A DNA stretch of 64,000 nt from an uncultured Actinomycetes bacterium (GCA_963814365.1 CAWFCL010000005.1:68219-132218); one strand, 5' to 3'; counted from the stretch's first letter, positions 8,813 through 17,564 are shown. Program-made: numbers and translations. Notes: generated by a model from the letters alone, not told the origin.

Positions 8813-8882
8813 AGTGTCGGACCCCCTTCGCTCAAACTGCGTTCGAGTACTCTCGACCATTCGCGAAGGGGGTCCGACACTT
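8812..8882. terminator. Long perfect hairpin between convergent genes (probable bidirectional terminator)
   Basis: gtgtcggacccccttcgc (8814-8831) pairs perfectly with gcgaagggggtccgacac (8863-8880). The stem extends to about 20 bp. The 31-nt loop contains a nested tcgag/ctcga stem. Confidence 0.55.
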
Positions 8883-8906
8883 TCCAAGCTGGAGACTGCT
8901 CGGTAG

Positions 8907-9521
8907 TTACTTCTTGGCTTCTGGCTCCTTGGTGGCGGACTCCTCGGAGACAGGCTCCTCAGCAGTGGAGTCTTTGACCACCTCTGGGGCCTGTCCAGCA
9001 TCGCGAGCACCCGCCTCGTACACCTCAACCGGCGGTGCAACGGGCTCAGGAGCCTGAAGAATCGGAGTCTCCTGAAGCACCGCTGTGGTCTGCGCTGCCA
9101 CCGCTTCAGCGGTGGTGACCGTCGAGACGGTCCTCATGGCCCTCATAGCCCGGTCGCTTAGAATCGCTCGCGTCACCAGGGCCGCCACCGAAGCCACGAA
9201 GACCACACCTATGGACACCCACAGGAAGTCCGACTGAAATGGCGTGAGTAGCGGGGTGCGCAGGCTAGAGAGACCCGGCCCTTCGCCGAACAGGCCCCTA
9301 AGCACCCCCAGACTGATCAGCAACAACAGCGCCTGCCAGTAGCGGCGCATCAGAGGCCAGGCAAGACCCACCAAAGCAGTTCCGGCGACCGTCACCCAAT
9401 TAAGCGCGGCCTTCGCTTCTTCCGGCATGCTCACGCTGTGAGTCAAGTAGAAGATGATGGCCACGAAAGCGCCTATCACCACGACGACGACCACTCTGCA
9501 CAACCACACCAAGAAACGCAT
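8907..9521 (-). CDS. Hypothetical integral membrane protein with an Ala/Glu/Pro-rich tail
   Basis: About four hydrophobic helices; GAGGAGG RBS upstream of ATG 9521. No family recognised. Confidence 0.6.
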   Translation of the reverse strand: MRFLVWLCRVVVVVVIGAFVAIIFYLTHSVSMPEEAKAALNWVTVAGTALVGLAWPLMRRYWQALLLLISLGVLRGLFGEGPGLSSLRTPLLTPFQSDFLWVSIGVVFVASVAALVTRAILSDRAMRAMRTVSTVTTAEAVAAQTTAVLQETPILQAPEPVAPPVEVYEAGARDAGQAPEVVKDSTAEEPVSEESATKEPEAKK

Positions 9522-9696
9522 CTTCTACCTCCTCGTCACGCTGTCGCGCCCACCAACGCAGGTCTTTCCATGAGTCTCTCATACTTCTGCGTGCTCTTCT
9601 TCCAGCACTGGGGAGTAGACTCCAATAGTCAAGTTCCCCGAAACGAGGGCCGATACTCAATCTCAGAGAAGACACCTACCTGGCGGCGCGATAGTC

Positions 9697-10353
9697 ATGC
9701 AAGAAAAGTCCGTTCTTCTCAATCCCGGGCGGGGTCACGAAGTGGTGCTCTTGCGGAGCGCACACGCCTTCTTGATCCGCATGTTGGCCATCGATCCCAC
9801 GCGACCGGTGCTAGTCACATTGCGCGCCAAGCAGGATCGCAAGGGCAAGCAGCGGGTCGGCGTCTTTGTAGACTCTAAGCACATCGGCTACCTGTCTGAG
9901 GGCTCTGACGACGAAGTACTGGTGGCAATCACAGCGTGTGCGCGCAAGGGAGCGGCAGCACGAGCCAGAGGCACACTGTCGGCATTGTCATGGGCGCCTA
10001 TCAAGGTCCTGCTCACCGTGAGTCTTGCAGACTCCGGTCACCTGCTCTCGGCCCCGCAAGGACGAATCGAGGAACCCAACCAGGCGGAGACCATCGCACC
10101 CGCGGTCCCGGACGAAGTCGCCCCGCCGGACGAAGTCGCCCCGCTCCACGAAACGCCCGAGCCCGAACCGGAGCCCGAGCCCGAACCGGAGCCCGAGCCC
10201 GAACCGGAGCCCGAGCCCGAACCGGAGCCCGAGCCCGAACCGGAGCCCGAGCCCGAACCGGAGCCCGAGAAAGCCCCTTCCCTAGCACAGCGTCTCCGTC
10301 ATCTCGGCCAGCCGAGTAAGCCCCCCGAGCCCGACGAGTTCGATCCCGCCTGA
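9697..10353 (+). CDS. Hypothetical protein, module part A (copy 1): conserved ~120-aa N-domain plus a (PE)n tail
   Basis: [17 protein letters not shown]...[17 protein letters not shown]...HLLSAP is paralogous to 11652-12050. No family recognised with confidence. Confidence 0.65.
   Translation: MQEKSVLLNPGRGHEVVLLRSAHAFLIRMLAIDPTRPVLVTLRAKQDRKGKQRVGVFVDSKHIGYLSEGSDDEVLVAITACARKGAAARARGTLSALSWAPIKVLLTVSLADSGHLLSAPQGRIEEPNQAETIAPAVPDEVAPPDEVAPLHETPEPEPEPEPEPEPEPEPEPEPEPEPEPEPEPEPEPEPEKAPSLAQRLRHLGQPSKPPEPDEFDPA
10159..10266. repeat. Perfect tandem repeat, 6 x 18 bp (gagcccgaaccggagccc), encoding Pro-Glu dipeptides
   Basis: Read directly from the sequence. The repeat is in-frame inside CDS 9697-10353. 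Confidence 0.95.
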
Positions 10354-10420
10354 CGAAGCCTCCATTGACGACACCTACGAATCGGCCGAGGAACCCTTCT
10401 CAGATGACGAAGAGGAGTCG

Positions 10421-11539
10421 GTGGCTACCAGCGACCCCACCGCAGAACAGGACGCACTCAGACCCACTCCCTCGACCGATCCTGCAACGACCTCAGCTCT
10501 GTCGGCTGGCTACGAAGAGGACTATCCCGAGTGGTCCCCGCTCAAGCCTCTGCCCGCTGTGACACCGCGTCCTCCTGCTTCTGATCAGCCACCAGGCGAA
10601 CCTGCCGCACAGCCCCCTAGGTCGAAGCCATCCCTCGAGACCTTCCTAAACACTCGGTCGGCATGGATGCCTGACATGAGCAGTCAGAAGAACCAGCCGC
10701 AGCCAGGTTGGCTGGGGTACTCAGCACATACTGCCGAGCAGCCGTCCAGTCCGAAGGCGGCCCCAGATGCTTCGACGGACTCGGGTCGCAGAGCGACCGG
10801 GTTCCTCACCTCTGGCAGGGATGAGCCGAGTCGGGAACGCAGCAACATCCGTGACCTTGACAGCGAGATCGCCGATGCCTGGAAATCTTCGAAGGCGTCT
10901 ACTCGATCGGATATCGAGCGGTCGCCGGCCGAGCGGATCCGTCGGCGTCGCCGCAGCGGCAGTTGGGTGACGCCGCTGGTAGCGCTGCTGATACTCGGGT
11001 CTATCGCCTTCTTGGTATGGAGGTTCGTCTTTGGCCCGACCACCTTCACCGACCCTGAACACGGCTACTCGTTCTCACATCCGGCCCGCTGGAAGGTGAT
11101 TGACGAAGATCCAATAGCTTCTCAGTTCGAGTACCTTGTCAATATCGTGCATATGCCCGGTCCGGTGATAGTCGGCAAGCGACTCGACTCCGATAGTCCC
11201 GACGAGGCGGCGATGTTGGTAGTGGCAAGGCAAGAGATCCTCTCGTCTACAGATGGATATCGCATCCTCAACCAGATCCAGCAAGAGCTCTACCTGACAA
11301 CGAGTTCAGAGACCAAGCTCTCGGTGACCGAACCCGCCCACACCACCACTGTCGCAGGCCTGGATGCGTGGAGGGCGACCATCTTGATCGACATCGGGTC
11401 GTATTCCGTCACCGTGACCTACTGCGCGTTTCTTGATGGAAACACCGCTTACGTCCTGGTGGCCGCGGCCACCAGTGGCGCCTGGGCCAAGAGTCGGGAG
11501 ACCTTCGTCCGCTTCTTCGACAGCTTCAACCCAGGCTAG
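10421..11539 (+). CDS. Hypothetical single-pass membrane protein, module part B (copy 1): Pro/Ser-rich cytoplasmic region, one TM, PsbP/DcrB-like ectodomain
   Basis: WVTPLVALLILGSIAFLVWRFVF is the TM segment, followed by GYSFSHPARWKV.... It is paralogous to 12184-13125. The same frame is open upstream to 10286. Confidence 0.7.
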   Translation: MATSDPTAEQDALRPTPSTDPATTSALSAGYEEDYPEWSPLKPLPAVTPRPPASDQPPGEPAAQPPRSKPSLETFLNTRSAWMPDMSSQKNQPQPGWLGYSAHTAEQPSSPKAAPDASTDSGRRATGFLTSGRDEPSRERSNIRDLDSEIADAWKSSKASTRSDIERSPAERIRRRRRSGSWVTPLVALLILGSIAFLVWRFVFGPTTFTDPEHGYSFSHPARWKVIDEDPIASQFEYLVNIVHMPGPVIVGKRLDSDSPDEAAMLVVARQEILSSTDGYRILNQIQQELYLTTSSETKLSVTEPAHTTTVAGLDAWRATILIDIGSYSVTVTYCAFLDGNTAYVLVAAATSGAWAKSRETFVRFFDSFNPG

Positions 11540-11651
11540 AGAAACCCACCTCTCACACTCGTCGCGGATACAGGCGACTGTAGTTCAAGTTCCCCCGCTC
11601 TGGGCCGATACAGAGGTTACTGGGTCAAGCACGGCTACCATCGCGAGGGGC

Positions 11652-12060
11652 ATGGAAGAGAAGTTCATCCTTCTTAACGGAGGAACCTATCACGACGTAG
11701 TTCCATTGCCAGACTCGCACGCCTTCTTGACGCGTTTGTTGGGAGGCGAGGCCGAGCAGCGGGCCGTACCGATACTGCGCTCGATGCATGATCAGGAAGG
11801 AAGACAGCGCGTCGCCGTCTTTGTGGGCGCTCAGCATATCGGCTACCTGCCTGCAGATACCGATGCCGGATTGCTGGCCACAGTCAAAGCCTGTGAACTC
11901 AACGGGGCGCTGCCGCGAGTGAGAGGCAGCCTACTCTCTTCTTGGGAAGAACCCGGCAAAGTCCAAGTGCGGGTGAGCCTCGCCGCCTCTGATCACCTGC
12001 TTTCGGTCCCAGAAGAGCAGCCTGAGGAGGATCCAGTCGACGACAACGCCGACTGTCGCC
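11652..12060 (+). CDS. Module part A (copy 2); the 3' boundary is undefined because the frame runs on without a stop
   Basis: MEEKFILLNGGTYHDVV...RVAVFVGAQHIGYLPAD...HLLSVP matches copy 1. After about nt 12055 the translation becomes Arg-rich nonsense while the +1 frame becomes protein-like. Confidence 0.55.
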
Positions 12061-12183
12061 CCAGACGCCCCGGCTCTCTCGGCCGGCTGGACGGAGGACT
12101 ACCCAGAGTGGCCCCCGCCAAAGCCGAAACCTGCCGCCGAACAGCAGCCGACAGAGGGCCCATCGACGATACAGCCGTCAGCT

Positions 12184-13125
12184 ATGGAATCATCACAACA
12201 AGAAACACCCGCTCTGCAGAATGCCAAGGCGCCATCGCTGGAGGCCGTCATGGCCACCCGCTCCGCGTGGACCGGAGAAGTGGCCGGGCGGTCACAAACT
12301 CGGGACTCAGGCTGGCTAGGCGCATCCGCTCGCTCCGAAAGCCAGCCATCGCGTCCCTCGGAAGGGGCAGAGCCTTCGCCAGGTGCGGGCGCAGCCAACG
12401 CCGCAGCTTTGAGCCAGAGTTCATCGAGCGGAGCCGCCCAGGATATCGACAGCGAGATCGTCGCCGCTTGGACGTCTTCGACTTCACCCACTCAGGAGGT
12501 CCCACAGACCCTCCCGCCAGAGAGGCGTCATAGGAACGCCAATTGGGTGCTGCCGACCGTGGGCGTGCTTGTCCTGGTGTTCGCCGCCTTCTTGGTCTGG
12601 AAGTTCGTGTTCGCCCCCAAGACCTATACAGACTCTGAGTACGGCTACTCCTTCTCTTACCCGGCCCGGTGGGAGCTGATCGCTGACAGCTCCATGTTCG
12701 CCCAGTTCGCATATCTAGCCGAGGGTCAACAGATGCCCAGTATGGCGCTCGCCGGCAAAGGCTTCGACTCCGACAGCCCCGATGAGGCCGCAATGGTGGC
12801 CGTGGCAAGGGCTGAGTTACCCGCCGATGTCGACCGGTCACAGTTCGCAGCTGACATGAAGTCGGGTGTGACCGACGACCAGATAGCGTCCTCGGGTGTC
12901 GGTTTCTCTATTGTCGAACCGGTATACGCCACCACCATCGGAGGACTCGACGGCTGGAGAATGACCATGTCTATCGGCATCGGCTTCTACTCCATGACCA
13001 TGACCTACTGCGTCTTGCTCGACGATAGAACCGCTTACGTCCTCATAGCAGCCGCGACCGGCGACACCTGGGACGACAACCAGAAGAACTTCGACCGCTT
13101 CTTCAGGAGTTTCCGACCAGACTGA
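12184..13125 (+). CDS. Module part B (copy 2): TM plus PsbP/DcrB-like ectodomain protein
   Basis: WVLPTVGVLVLVFAAFLVWKFVF is the TM segment, followed by GYSFSYPARWEL.... Homology to copy 1 (ALSAGWTEDYPEW vs ALSAGYEEDYPEW) continues upstream of ATG 12184 in the same frame, back to about 12050. Confidence 0.65.
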   Translation: MESSQQETPALQNAKAPSLEAVMATRSAWTGEVAGRSQTRDSGWLGASARSESQPSRPSEGAEPSPGAGAANAAALSQSSSSGAAQDIDSEIVAAWTSSTSPTQEVPQTLPPERRHRNANWVLPTVGVLVLVFAAFLVWKFVFAPKTYTDSEYGYSFSYPARWELIADSSMFAQFAYLAEGQQMPSMALAGKGFDSDSPDEAAMVAVARAELPADVDRSQFAADMKSGVTDDQIASSGVGFSIVEPVYATTIGGLDGWRMTMSIGIGFYSMTMTYCVLLDDRTAYVLIAAATGDTWDDNQKNFDRFFRSFRPD

Positions 13126-13230
13126 CACTCGGTCCTTGCGCGTCCCTTGTGTGCTTCCCGAGAGTGCGTTCTGGGTATATCGTGGTCCGCAGCTATCGTT
13201 CGGTACCAGATCGAAGGGAAAGGATCTGCC

Positions 13231-13632
13231 ATGGGACTGATGAAGGACCTCAAGAACATGAAGGAGACTGTCGCAGCCGCCCCCGGAATGGTAGAAGAAG
13301 CCCAGAAGATGGCCGCTAACGCCCAAGCCATGGCCGCCCAACAGCAGCAGGCCGCCGCCGCGATGATGGCTCAACAGCAAGCCGCCGCTGCGGGCCCAGC
13401 AGTCGGACCAGACTTCGAGCCGGTGCAGGGTGTCACGCTTGAGCAGTTCGCCGAAGTAGCCAAGGGGCTTGCTGAGTACAACTACGATCAGACCATGGCC
13501 GTGCAGGTGGCGGGAATGAAGGGCATCGCCCCGAACGCATGGCAGGCAGCCGCAGACACCTGGAATGAGCGCATCAAGTCGAATCCCGCGGTAGCGCAGC
13601 GCTTCAATGCTCTCTACACCGGACGTGCGTGA
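13231..13632 (+). CDS. Hypothetical small protein with a Gln/Ala-rich linker
   Basis: ATG 13231 follows GAAGGGAAAGGA. The N-terminus MGLMKDLKNMKE is similar to the next gene's. Confidence 0.6.
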   Translation: MGLMKDLKNMKETVAAAPGMVEEAQKMAANAQAMAAQQQQAAAAMMAQQQAAAAGPAVGPDFEPVQGVTLEQFAEVAKGLAEYNYDQTMAVQVAGMKGIAPNAWQAAADTWNERIKSNPAVAQRFNALYTGRA

Positions 13633-14030
13633 TGGGACTACTGGGCGACATGAACAAGCTCAACAAGCAGGCGAAGGAGATGAGGAAGGACTGGGACCCG
13701 GGCGCGCAGATGCAGGACGCGATGGCGAAGATGAAGGCCGTGAACGAGTCGATGGCCGAAGCTACCCAGGCCATGACGGATGGGGCACCGGCGACCGCAC
13801 AGGTAGTCGCCGTCGGAGCCACCACCGGGATGATGAACATGAACCCCATGATGCAGATTGACCTGTTGGTCACTGCACAAGGAGGCATGCCGCGGCCCAT
13901 CTCCAAGCAGTTCGTCGTGCCCATGCAGCACCTGGGCAGATTGCAGGCTGGAGCTACTCTGCCTGTCATGGTCAGCCAATCCGACCCTGATGGGGTGGCG
14001 ATAATGTGGGATCAGCCTCTGGTCAGTTGA
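13632..14030 (+). CDS. Hypothetical small protein, N-terminal paralog of the preceding gene
   Basis: MGLLGDMNKLNKQAKEM.... ATG 13632 overlaps the upstream TGA by 1 nt (gTGATGg). Confidence 0.6.
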   Translation: MGLLGDMNKLNKQAKEMRKDWDPGAQMQDAMAKMKAVNESMAEATQAMTDGAPATAQVVAVGATTGMMNMNPMMQIDLLVTAQGGMPRPISKQFVVPMQHLGRLQAGATLPVMVSQSDPDGVAIMWDQPLVS

Positions 14031-15464
14031 GCGACGCGAAGCCGCCTGCCAAGACCGGTCGGCACACCGGCCGGATCTTCGTCTGGACGATACTGGCTCT
14101 GGTGGTCGCGGTCCTGGTCGCGGCAGGCGGCTTCTATCTCTGGTACCGGAGCGAGGTTCAGGCGTCCAACGCACGTGTAGATCCCGAGGTCATAGCGGCG
14201 CTTGGAGAACATGCCACTGCCACCACTGTGGCCCAGATCACACCCCCGGACAGCATGAATATCGTCTTGTTGGGATCGGACACCCGGTCCGTGAACGGCA
14301 AAGGCGGTCGCTCCGACACGATCATCCTGGTGCATGTGGACACGCAGAACGACTTCCTCTCGATGCTCTCCCTGCCCCGTGATCTTAGAGTCAAGATCCC
14401 CGGTCACGGCTACAACAAGATCAACGCCGCCTATGCGTACGGCGGCGCGGCGCTGCTGATACGGACGGTCCAGTCGGTCGCAGGAGTCGATCTGGACCAT
14501 TATGTCGAGACGGATTTCAACGGGTTCAAGGCGATCACCGACTCTCTGGGCGGTGTCTACTTGGATGTCGACCGGACCTACGACGACGGCAAGATCCAAC
14601 TCGAGCCGGGCTACCAACTCTTGAATGGGCAGGATGCGCTGCGTTTCTGCCGCACGCGGCACGACAAGAACATCGACTTCGGACGCATGCAGAGACAGCA
14701 GAGGTACATCTCCGCCGTGAGGGAGCAGGCACTTGGTTGGAATCTGGCCTTCAAGATGCCCACCCTCATAAGTTCCACCTTCGAGAATGTGGACACGGAC
14801 CTCTCGGCCGACCAAGTCATCAAACTCGCTTGGTGGGGCATAGGACTCGAAGGAAGCCGCATGAAGATGGCCACCCTGGTGACCCGGACCGGCACCCTGA
14901 ACGGGATCTCGTTCGTGCTGGCCACCGACAAGCAGATAGCCGACGCGGTCCACGACTTCTTGACCCCGCCTCAAGAGACATCGGTCGACACCGACGCGAA
15001 GTCTGCGGACGAGTTGCTGGCGGCCGCGCAGGTCCTTGTTGCAGAAACCGACAAGACGCCGCTCGACAGCTCCTACTGGGTCAAGCTGGCCGAGGCTACG
15101 GACTTCTCTCTGGTGGCACCCACCTATCTGCCGCCCAAGTGCAAGTACTCGTACCGGCGGAGCTACGCCATCCAAGTGGACGGCGCGGGCATGCCCGCCA
15201 TCAGAGTCGGCTACAGACTCGGGACCAAGGATCAGTACCTAGGTATAGGCGAGACCACTTGGTTGGACGCTCCCCTGGCGGTTTCGGGCACCCAGATCGT
15301 CGTGAACGACACCGTCTTCACTGTCGTGGGCACCAGCACCAAGAACCGACCATGTCTGGTGGATCGAGGGCGGCGTCCTCTGCTGGGTCGCCAACACCCT
15401 CATGTACGAAATGCCTGCAGAGCAACTCTTGGCCGTGGCCATCTCCGCCATCCCGGTGCGCTAG
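14006..15464 (+). CDS. LytR-CpsA-Psr (LCP) family cell-envelope phosphotransferase; frame-disrupted near 15347
   Basis: LLGSDTR...GRSDTIILVHVD...SLPRDL...INAAYAYGG...DFNGF...LRFCRTRH. After ...GTSTKN the listed frame turns to nonsense. The +1 frame reads HVWWIEGGVLCWVANTLMYEMPAEQLLAVAISAIPVR and stops at 15462-15464. Confidence 0.8.
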
Positions 15465-15549
15465 GCATCTCGTCCGTATCGCCCGCTCTCCTGTCCGGAC
15501 GGGCAGGTAGCATACCTGGATACCGCGCGAAGAGACCTGGAGGTGGCCT

Positions 15550-16539
15550 GTGGACGCGACGGCGGTGATCTTGGTGGTGCTTGTGGTCATGGTGGCCTTC
15601 ATGAGCGTCTTTGCAGTGGTGGCCGTGCTTGGTATGACGCGCCTGCGCTCACAGATCGGAGTTGTGTCCGAGCGGCTCCCCGATTCTCAGGATCTCACCT
15701 CCCTGGCTCAACGTATCTGGGACGCGGAACAGCACAACCGCGCGTCGTACGCTCATATATCGCAGACCCTGGGCGGACTGGCGGTGGCCGCGCAGCAGAT
15801 GGTCGACGTAGGCAACAAGGTGTCCGGATTGGAGGATCTACTCCGCCCTCCCAAGCTCAGAGGCGGCCTGGGCGAAACCTTGCTGGCAGAACTGCTCGCT
15901 CAGATACTTCCGGCGAAGGCCTACAGGCTGCAGCACCGTTTCAGGTCGGGGGAGCGAGTCGATGCGGTCATCTGCCTGGGAGACTCTCTGGTCCCGGTGG
16001 ACGCGAAGTTCCCCCTGGAATCATTCCGTCGCCTCACAGCCGCCACCGATGAGGCCGAGGCCACCAGAGAGCGCAAGGTCTTCATGCGAGCGGTCAAGTC
16101 CCATATCGACCAGATCGCTTGGAAGTACATCTTGCCCGACGAGCATACGTACGATTTCGCTCTCATGTACATACCCGCCGAGAATGTCTACTATGAGACC
16201 ATCCTCAAGGACGACGGCGAAGATGGCCTCTTCCCCTTCGCCCTAGAAAAGCGAGTCATACCGGTGAGCCCCAATTCCTTCTATGCATATCTGCAGGTAG
16301 TCATCCACGGACTGAAGGGTCTGCAGATCGAGGAGCGCGCCAAGGAGATCATGGACCACCTCAACCGTCTCCGCGTGGACCAGGACAGGTTCCGACAAGA
16401 ATTCGACGTCTTGGGCAGCCACCTTCAGAACGCCCGCAAGAAGTACGAGGACGCGCAGCGCAGCCTAGACCACTTCGAGGACAAGCTCCTGATCACCACC
16501 GACCTAGACCGGCCGGCAAGTCTATCGCCCGAGCGCTAG
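15550..16539 (+). CDS. rmuC: DNA recombination protein RmuC
   Basis: N-terminal TM, then LRGGLGETLLAELL...RVDAVI...VPVDAKFPLE...MYIPAENVYYE. GTG start after GGAGG. Confidence 0.85.
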   Translation: MDATAVILVVLVVMVAFMSVFAVVAVLGMTRLRSQIGVVSERLPDSQDLTSLAQRIWDAEQHNRASYAHISQTLGGLAVAAQQMVDVGNKVSGLEDLLRPPKLRGGLGETLLAELLAQILPAKAYRLQHRFRSGERVDAVICLGDSLVPVDAKFPLESFRRLTAATDEAEATRERKVFMRAVKSHIDQIAWKYILPDEHTYDFALMYIPAENVYYETILKDDGEDGLFPFALEKRVIPVSPNSFYAYLQVVIHGLKGLQIEERAKEIMDHLNRLRVDQDRFRQEFDVLGSHLQNARKKYEDAQRSLDHFEDKLLITTDLDRPASLSPER

Positions 16540-16590
16540 GCCGAGCGCCAGAGCTTCCTCTGCAGGCTCAGCGGAGCGGGGCGGAGCCCC

Positions 16591-17499
16591 TCAGCGCGGC
16601 TGGGCGGATCCCCCAGGGCCGACGCCGCCTGCGCCACCGGATGGTACAGGGTCGGTGCCGCCTTGGCCACCGTCAGTGCCGCCGCCGCCCGAAGAGTCTC
16701 CCTGTCCTTGACCGGCGTCGTTGCCGGTACCGCCGGAGCCTCCTGCCCCGCCAGACCCATCCTTGGACTGCAGACTACCTGCCAAATCTTCGACAGCCCG
16801 TCCAAGCTCCTCCGCCGACTTCTCGCCCGAAGCCATCAAGCGCAGTTTTTCCGCGATCTGCTTCAGCTCCTCTGGCGTACGCGCACCTTGGTTCTTCGCT
16901 GCCGCCTGAGCAGCCACGCGCAATGACTCGGCAACCATCAGCATGGCTCGGTCTCCGGTCGCAGACTTCGAGATTGCGTTTCCGGCCAGGTCTAGACCGT
17001 CTTGGGTCCGTCCTCTCGCCACCAGTTGGCTGGCTTCGGTCAGGCGCTCTTTCAGACCGCCGTCGCCTATGCCGACCTTCTCAAGAGCAAGGTCGACACC
17101 ATACAAGGTGTCTCCGGGCACGGCCCCGTCGGCTGCGTAAGCCACGCCCGCCGAGGCCGACATCACTACCACCACCGCCGCGGCAGTCGCCGCAAGTGCC
17201 GGCCGCAAACGGCGACGACGAGCACGTGCCGCTCCGGCCGTCCCTCCGGCTGCCGCGCCAAACCGTGCGGGCCGCCGGCCTTCGACCGGTACCGACCTCG
17301 CTGCCTGCGCCGCAAACCTCTGGACATCGTCCTCCACGGGGACGGACTCCGCCAGCCGCCCAAGGGCCTCCATCGCCAAGCAGAGCTGCTCCAGACCTTC
17401 GCCCTCGGGAGCCCGCCGCGACAACAAACGTTCAGCGTCAGCCCTGGAGAGGGCTGTGCGCGCGTCTTTGCCTGTGTTCATTCTGTTCCTCTTCACCAC
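16591..17499 (-). CDS. DUF5667-like membrane protein, candidate anti-sigma partner of the upstream ECF sigma; Gly/Ser-rich tail
   Basis: Cytoplasmic N-region, one TM (ATAAAVVVVMSASAGVAYA), then PGDTLYGVDLALEKVGI. Alternative ATG start at 17481. Confidence 0.7.
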   Translation of the reverse strand: MVKRNRMNTGKDARTALSRADAERLLSRRAPEGEGLEQLCLAMEALGRLAESVPVEDDVQRFAAQAARSVPVEGRRPARFGAAAGGTAGAARARRRRLRPALAATAAAVVVVMSASAGVAYAADGAVPGDTLYGVDLALEKVGIGDGGLKERLTEASQLVARGRTQDGLDLAGNAISKSATGDRAMLMVAESLRVAAQAAAKNQGARTPEELKQIAEKLRLMASGEKSAEELGRAVEDLAGSLQSKDGSGGAGGSGGTGNDAGQGQGDSSGGGGTDGGQGGTDPVPSGGAGGVGPGGSAQPR

Positions 17500-17564
17500 T
17501 CCACCCCCGCGGTGGCACGCGATCTCATCTCACGTATCAGTAAGCGTCTCATAGCCCGATTTCG

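Noticed and set aside
10159-10266. A possible CRISPR array
   Set aside because: The units are contiguous 18-bp tandem copies with no spacers. They lie in-frame inside a CDS, and there are no cas genes.
9936-10319. Three overlapping ORFs (9936-10319, 10025-10285 and 10013-10288 minus) with ARTG/SPNR repeats
   Set aside because: They are artefacts of reading the 18-bp PE repeat in other frames or on the other strand.
10345-10356. A prfB-like programmed +1 frameshift at GCC-TGA-C
   Set aside because: The P-site codon GCC cannot re-pair in the +1 frame as CUU-U does, and no internal Shine-Dalgarno sits 3 nt upstream. The idea is kept only as a remote alternative in the findings.
14012-15175. 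A 387-aa minus-strand ORF opposite the LCP gene
   Set aside because: It is antisense to a gene with clear LCP motifs and is Arg/Gly/Val/Asp-rich.
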